A DNA stretch of 63,899 nucleotides, the filler included, from Aduncisulcus paluster (lineage: Eukaryota), in assembly GCA_024181965.1 (NCBI GenBank). It is 13 parts of 13 records of this genome, joined end to end, with 100 filler letters (N's around TTAATTAATTAA, not from the genome) between each part and the next. Parts side by side here need not be neighbours in the genome. Positions count along the whole stretch, not along the records: positions 52,550 to 63,899 come from BQXS01012023.1; 12 more parts are not named here. One strand, written 5' to 3'. Position 1 is the first letter of the stretch; the number at the start of each line of letters is the position of its first letter. Shown here in pieces: positions 60,663 through 63,899 of the stretch. The notes beneath the pieces were generated by a model, which was not told the origin of the DNA, did no database searches, and saw only the letters and a program-made list of their open reading frames with translations. Position numbers and translations under genes: made by a program.

Positions 60663-61460
60663 CCAAGAAGACAGCACACAAGCAGAAGTCTTCAGAGAAG
60701 AGTCCACACAGATGGAATTACAGCAATAGAAAGAATTTATAATTACCTTTTTACTGATTTTGGGAAGAGGCGCTCCAGCAGGAGTTGCTGTAGCAATCTA
60801 TTTCAACTTCCAACAGTAGAAAAATTTGTACCTCCCAATATAGAAGCTTTAGGGCTTACATTTTCCAAATTCTCGCGCTGCTTCGACTCCTGGGTAGCTT
60901 CAATGGCCAAGGCCTCAAGATTATGGTTAATAGGCACAATTTCACCGTTTTATAAGTATCTTTTCAATATTTTTTGCACTTTTTCTCCTACCCCAAAGGA
61001 ATTTTTTAGGGAATTTATGGCTTCGCTAGACAAACCTGAATTTTCTTTTCCACTCCCTCTTCCACCTCAAACAACTCACTTAATTAAGAAAATTCATACT
61101 TCACTGGTTTCTAGTGTTAGTTTTTTTTAAAAATGTGCCCATATGCACAAAATTATCCGCCTTATTCGTCTAGAGATATTGAAATATAACGATACCACCG
61201 AAAATCAGCTAAGGGTGCCTCCTATGCTTCCAACTATGAAGCTGGCACCCAGATTTTACCCATTACCGCTGTATTTAGTTCGAAAAGGGTTACTAACGCC
61301 ATTCAAAGAACGAAAAATTGGAAAAGGTTGAAAAAGCTGGATAAAGGGTGTGGAATTATATCCATACACACTGATGGAATTGCGGCACGAGTTATTTTGG
61401 GTCCTCGGGCCCCTTCAAATCCATATCCAACCGTTTTTACTCCCCCTTCCACTCCTCCAA
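60663..61460 (+). pseudogene. Decayed Fanzor/TnpB-like gene, copy A (N-terminal to TDG region)
   Basis: Frame 60663-61331 has one in-frame TAA (61128). QLRVPPMLPTMKLAPRFYPL and ISIHTDGIAARVILGP are paralogous to copy B. Confidence 0.5.
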
Positions 61461-61770
61461 TCTCAGTTTTTGCTCCCCCTTGCATATCTCAACTTCATCA
61501 CGTTATAGTACAGCTCATAAACTACGGAATCCGATCATTTAAAGATCACAAAACTCTTTGAAACGGGAGATTTTACACTTGTCATGGATAAAGTTCAGAC
61601 ACATATGGGAAAAACATCTTAGCAATAATGGGGCACAAACAACAAAGGACATATGCATTGGGATTCATTGACACAGGCTTACATACTCCAAGGGATCCCC
61701 TTCTACAATTGCCGACACTGCAGGAATTGTCCTTGATGAAACACTCGACAATGATCATAATGAGTTATCT

Positions 61771-62400
61771 TTGGCCAGGTACAATGAACTAGAGCACAAA
61801 CTTCGTTCCCTTCGAAGACTTCTCCCGGATTCACGCGACGAAATGCACAGAATTATAATTTCAATGGCTGCCATCGATGTTTACAAAGAATGCCTAGAAT
61901 ACAGCCAGAATACGTTCTGGAGAAACGTGTACGACTTGGAGGAGAAGTATATCTTTTTCGATGCGGAAAAGGACAAGATTGACGTTCAAACGTGTAACAA
62001 TAACAAATATTCCGCCCAAATGTTGTCCCGTGCACAAGCAGCCATAAGGAAAGATATTATACCATCCAAAAGAAGATGTGCTCCCTATCCCATTGAATCA
62101 ACTATGGCTATTGATTCTATTCGTGACGATGACGACGATGACGCCCTTCCATGTACCCCCGTGTCCTCTTCTCCGTGTATTATTGATACGCCAAAGGCCC
62201 CTCGTGTTCCCAGACTGAAATTTAAGCGTCTTTGTTCATCCCCTTCATCCCCTTCATCCCCTTCATCCCCTCTGGTTCATTCATGCCCTGCCTCCCCCAC
62301 TACTGACACACATGCTTCAGTTATTATGCCCTTTGAAAACGATCTCGTGTCTCGGTGCCAATCCCAGCCTATTTGTAGACGTATATCGAGCCTGGATTAA
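61771..62400 (+). CDS. Hypothetical protein, Ser/Pro-rich C-terminus; 5' end uncertain
   Basis: 209-codon ORF; frame continues a short distance upstream without an ATG. Confidence 0.4.
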   Translation: MARYNELEHKLRSLRRLLPDSRDEMHRIIISMAAIDVYKECLEYSQNTFWRNVYDLEEKYIFFDAEKDKIDVQTCNNNKYSAQMLSRAQAAIRKDIIPSKRRCAPYPIESTMAIDSIRDDDDDDALPCTPVSSSPCIIDTPKAPRVPRLKFKRLCSSPSSPSSPSSPLVHSCPASPTTDTHASVIMPFENDLVSRCQSQPICRRISSLD

Positions 62401-62958
62401 GTCTGCGACAATGAAAGGGATGCCAAAGAGGAGAGTGAAGAGGTGGGTAAACAATATCCCTATGAAGAGCGATTCTCTTTAAAATGGAAAGGCTGTTCTT
62501 CATGTGTTGTTGTGGATAACAGATACCGTAACACTATAGAAATTCCCATGTGCATGGAATTTACTCGTATAGTTAAGCAGGCCAAAAACATGTATGCTGC
62601 CGTGAAGGGTGGCATGTGCAAGGACTATGGCCTTGAGTTTTTACTTGATACGATTGAATTATACAAGAAATAACTTTATATGTTAATATTAATATACATA
62701 TAATTGACTGTTTTTCCCCTGTAAGCCCCTCTTCATCTTCCCCGACTAAGTCTCATCCACTGGTAACAATTGCAGCGGTAAATTGATATTGGATAGATTC
62801 TTCCCTCCTCCCCAACACCATAGTATATTCTATTGATACCGTTACTCATGTATGTATCATCCATCTTCCATGTTTAACACGGATAATATTTGTCACCATC
62901 TTTCACTTGTTGTTTTCGTTGCAAATCGCATATATACATCTATATATTTGTATAAACA

Positions 62959-63810
62959 ATGCCAAACATTTCAGCGACAAGAGAAATATCTAGCCAATTG
63001 AATGTAATTGGTCAATTGATTGCTGACAAAAAAGACTCTTCTGTCATAGATTCAACTGCGCCGCCGGTTGAACCGGATCATCCGATTGATGATCAATTAA
63101 GACTCAGTCCCAAGCTTCCACCAAGACTTCCACCATGACTTCCAACTTCAAAGTCCGGGATGAGGTTCTTCCCTCTGTCCCATTCGCTCCTCAATACTGC
63201 CAAAATTAATCTGTTTTCGGCATACGGACGATGCTTGCTCCGAAAAACATTAAAAAAAGGCAAATCCAAGGGGCTAGTTTATGTTCTAACAGATGGAGTT
63301 GGTGCCCGCCTCGTTATGGGGCCAAAAACCTCTGATAATTACAAAATCTTGGTATCAAGCCTTGTTTCCTCTCCCGCCCCCAAGCAGACTACAAGCCTGG
63401 ATTCCTCTCCCGTCTCCAAGCAGGCTGAATATGCATTATGCCTCGGCGTTGACCCTGCAGAGCTGTCATTGCCGGCACTGCTCTCGTGTTGAAGAACGAA
63501 GCCGGCGGCCCAGAAAGCGAGATGACCGAATTCGGTATAATACCAAAAGGGGTTCGGGTCGGTAAGAACAAGAGAAACAAACGTCATGCAGGAAACATGA
63601 AGAAAATGCTTGTACTTTGAATGAAAATCTGGGCGTGACAGTTGTCTATCCTCTGAAGAATCCCTATTAGTAAATGCAGAGAGTCTTTCAGACAATATCT
63701 TCGATCCATTGAGCTTGCTGCCATATTCCAATACGCCTCTTCCGTTCCCGCACACCTGATGCCTGGCATTGCAAAGAAACTTGCTTTAATTATTTAAGAT
63801 AACAAGTTAT
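62959..63810 (+). pseudogene. Decayed Fanzor/TnpB-like gene, copy B (includes RuvC-I-like motif)
   Basis: ATG 62959; in-frame TGA 63136; RFFPL; VLTDGVGARL (63289); CLGVDP (63439-63456), then frameshift to RAVIAGTALV. Confidence 0.6.
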
Positions 63811-63899
63811 CGACCTTGGCCGCGATAGGTGTTGCATACAGTATCCTCTTTTTCTCTTCCCTTCTTGTGGTTGCCTTTTCGTTGGTCCATCCTTGCCTC

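Noticed and set aside
9443..63138. Alternative genetic code or selenocysteine explaining in-frame stops (TGA 9443, TAG 54971, TAA 61128, TGA 63136)
   Set aside because: Conserved genes end normally in TAA (FYVE, kexin), TAG (CNOT9) and TGA (methyltransferase, CWC25) and have no internal stops. The internal stops occur in genes with other lesions or in TE debris.

Overview
This is AT-rich eukaryotic (protist) genomic DNA, not one continuous locus. Thirteen small contigs are joined by artificial 100-nt linkers (N44-TTAATTAATTAA-N44), and there are three internal N20 gaps. Spliceosomal GT-AG introns (mostly GTATGT donors), the standard genetic code, acidic/Ser-rich proteins, LRR/EGF surface proteins and a distinctive expanded repeat-domain family suggest a free-living fornicate such as Aduncisulcus paluster (inference from recall, not verified). 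Recognisable genes: Ty3/Gypsy pol, alpha/beta hydrolase, FYVE-ARM protein, DHYC-variant palmitoyltransferase, CASC1/DNAI7-like protein, kexin-like S8 protease, CNOT9, CWC25-like factor, METTL13/EEF1AKMT4-like methyltransferase and an FKBP fragment. Several 250-470 bp exact tandem duplications break genes and look like assembly artefacts. The most interesting signals are mostly in the last contig (52550-63899), a transposon graveyard. It holds two decayed paralogous Fanzor/TnpB-like genes (F-x-P-L, TDG[VI] and LGVDP motifs), a PIF1/Helitron-like helicase remnant, a 775-bp hAT deletion derivative with intact TIRs, Gypsy fragments and a ~230-nt tRNA-headed fold-back Pol III-type element. Elsewhere there is a disrupted signal peptide + ectodomain + 7TM receptor-like gene (8795-10766).
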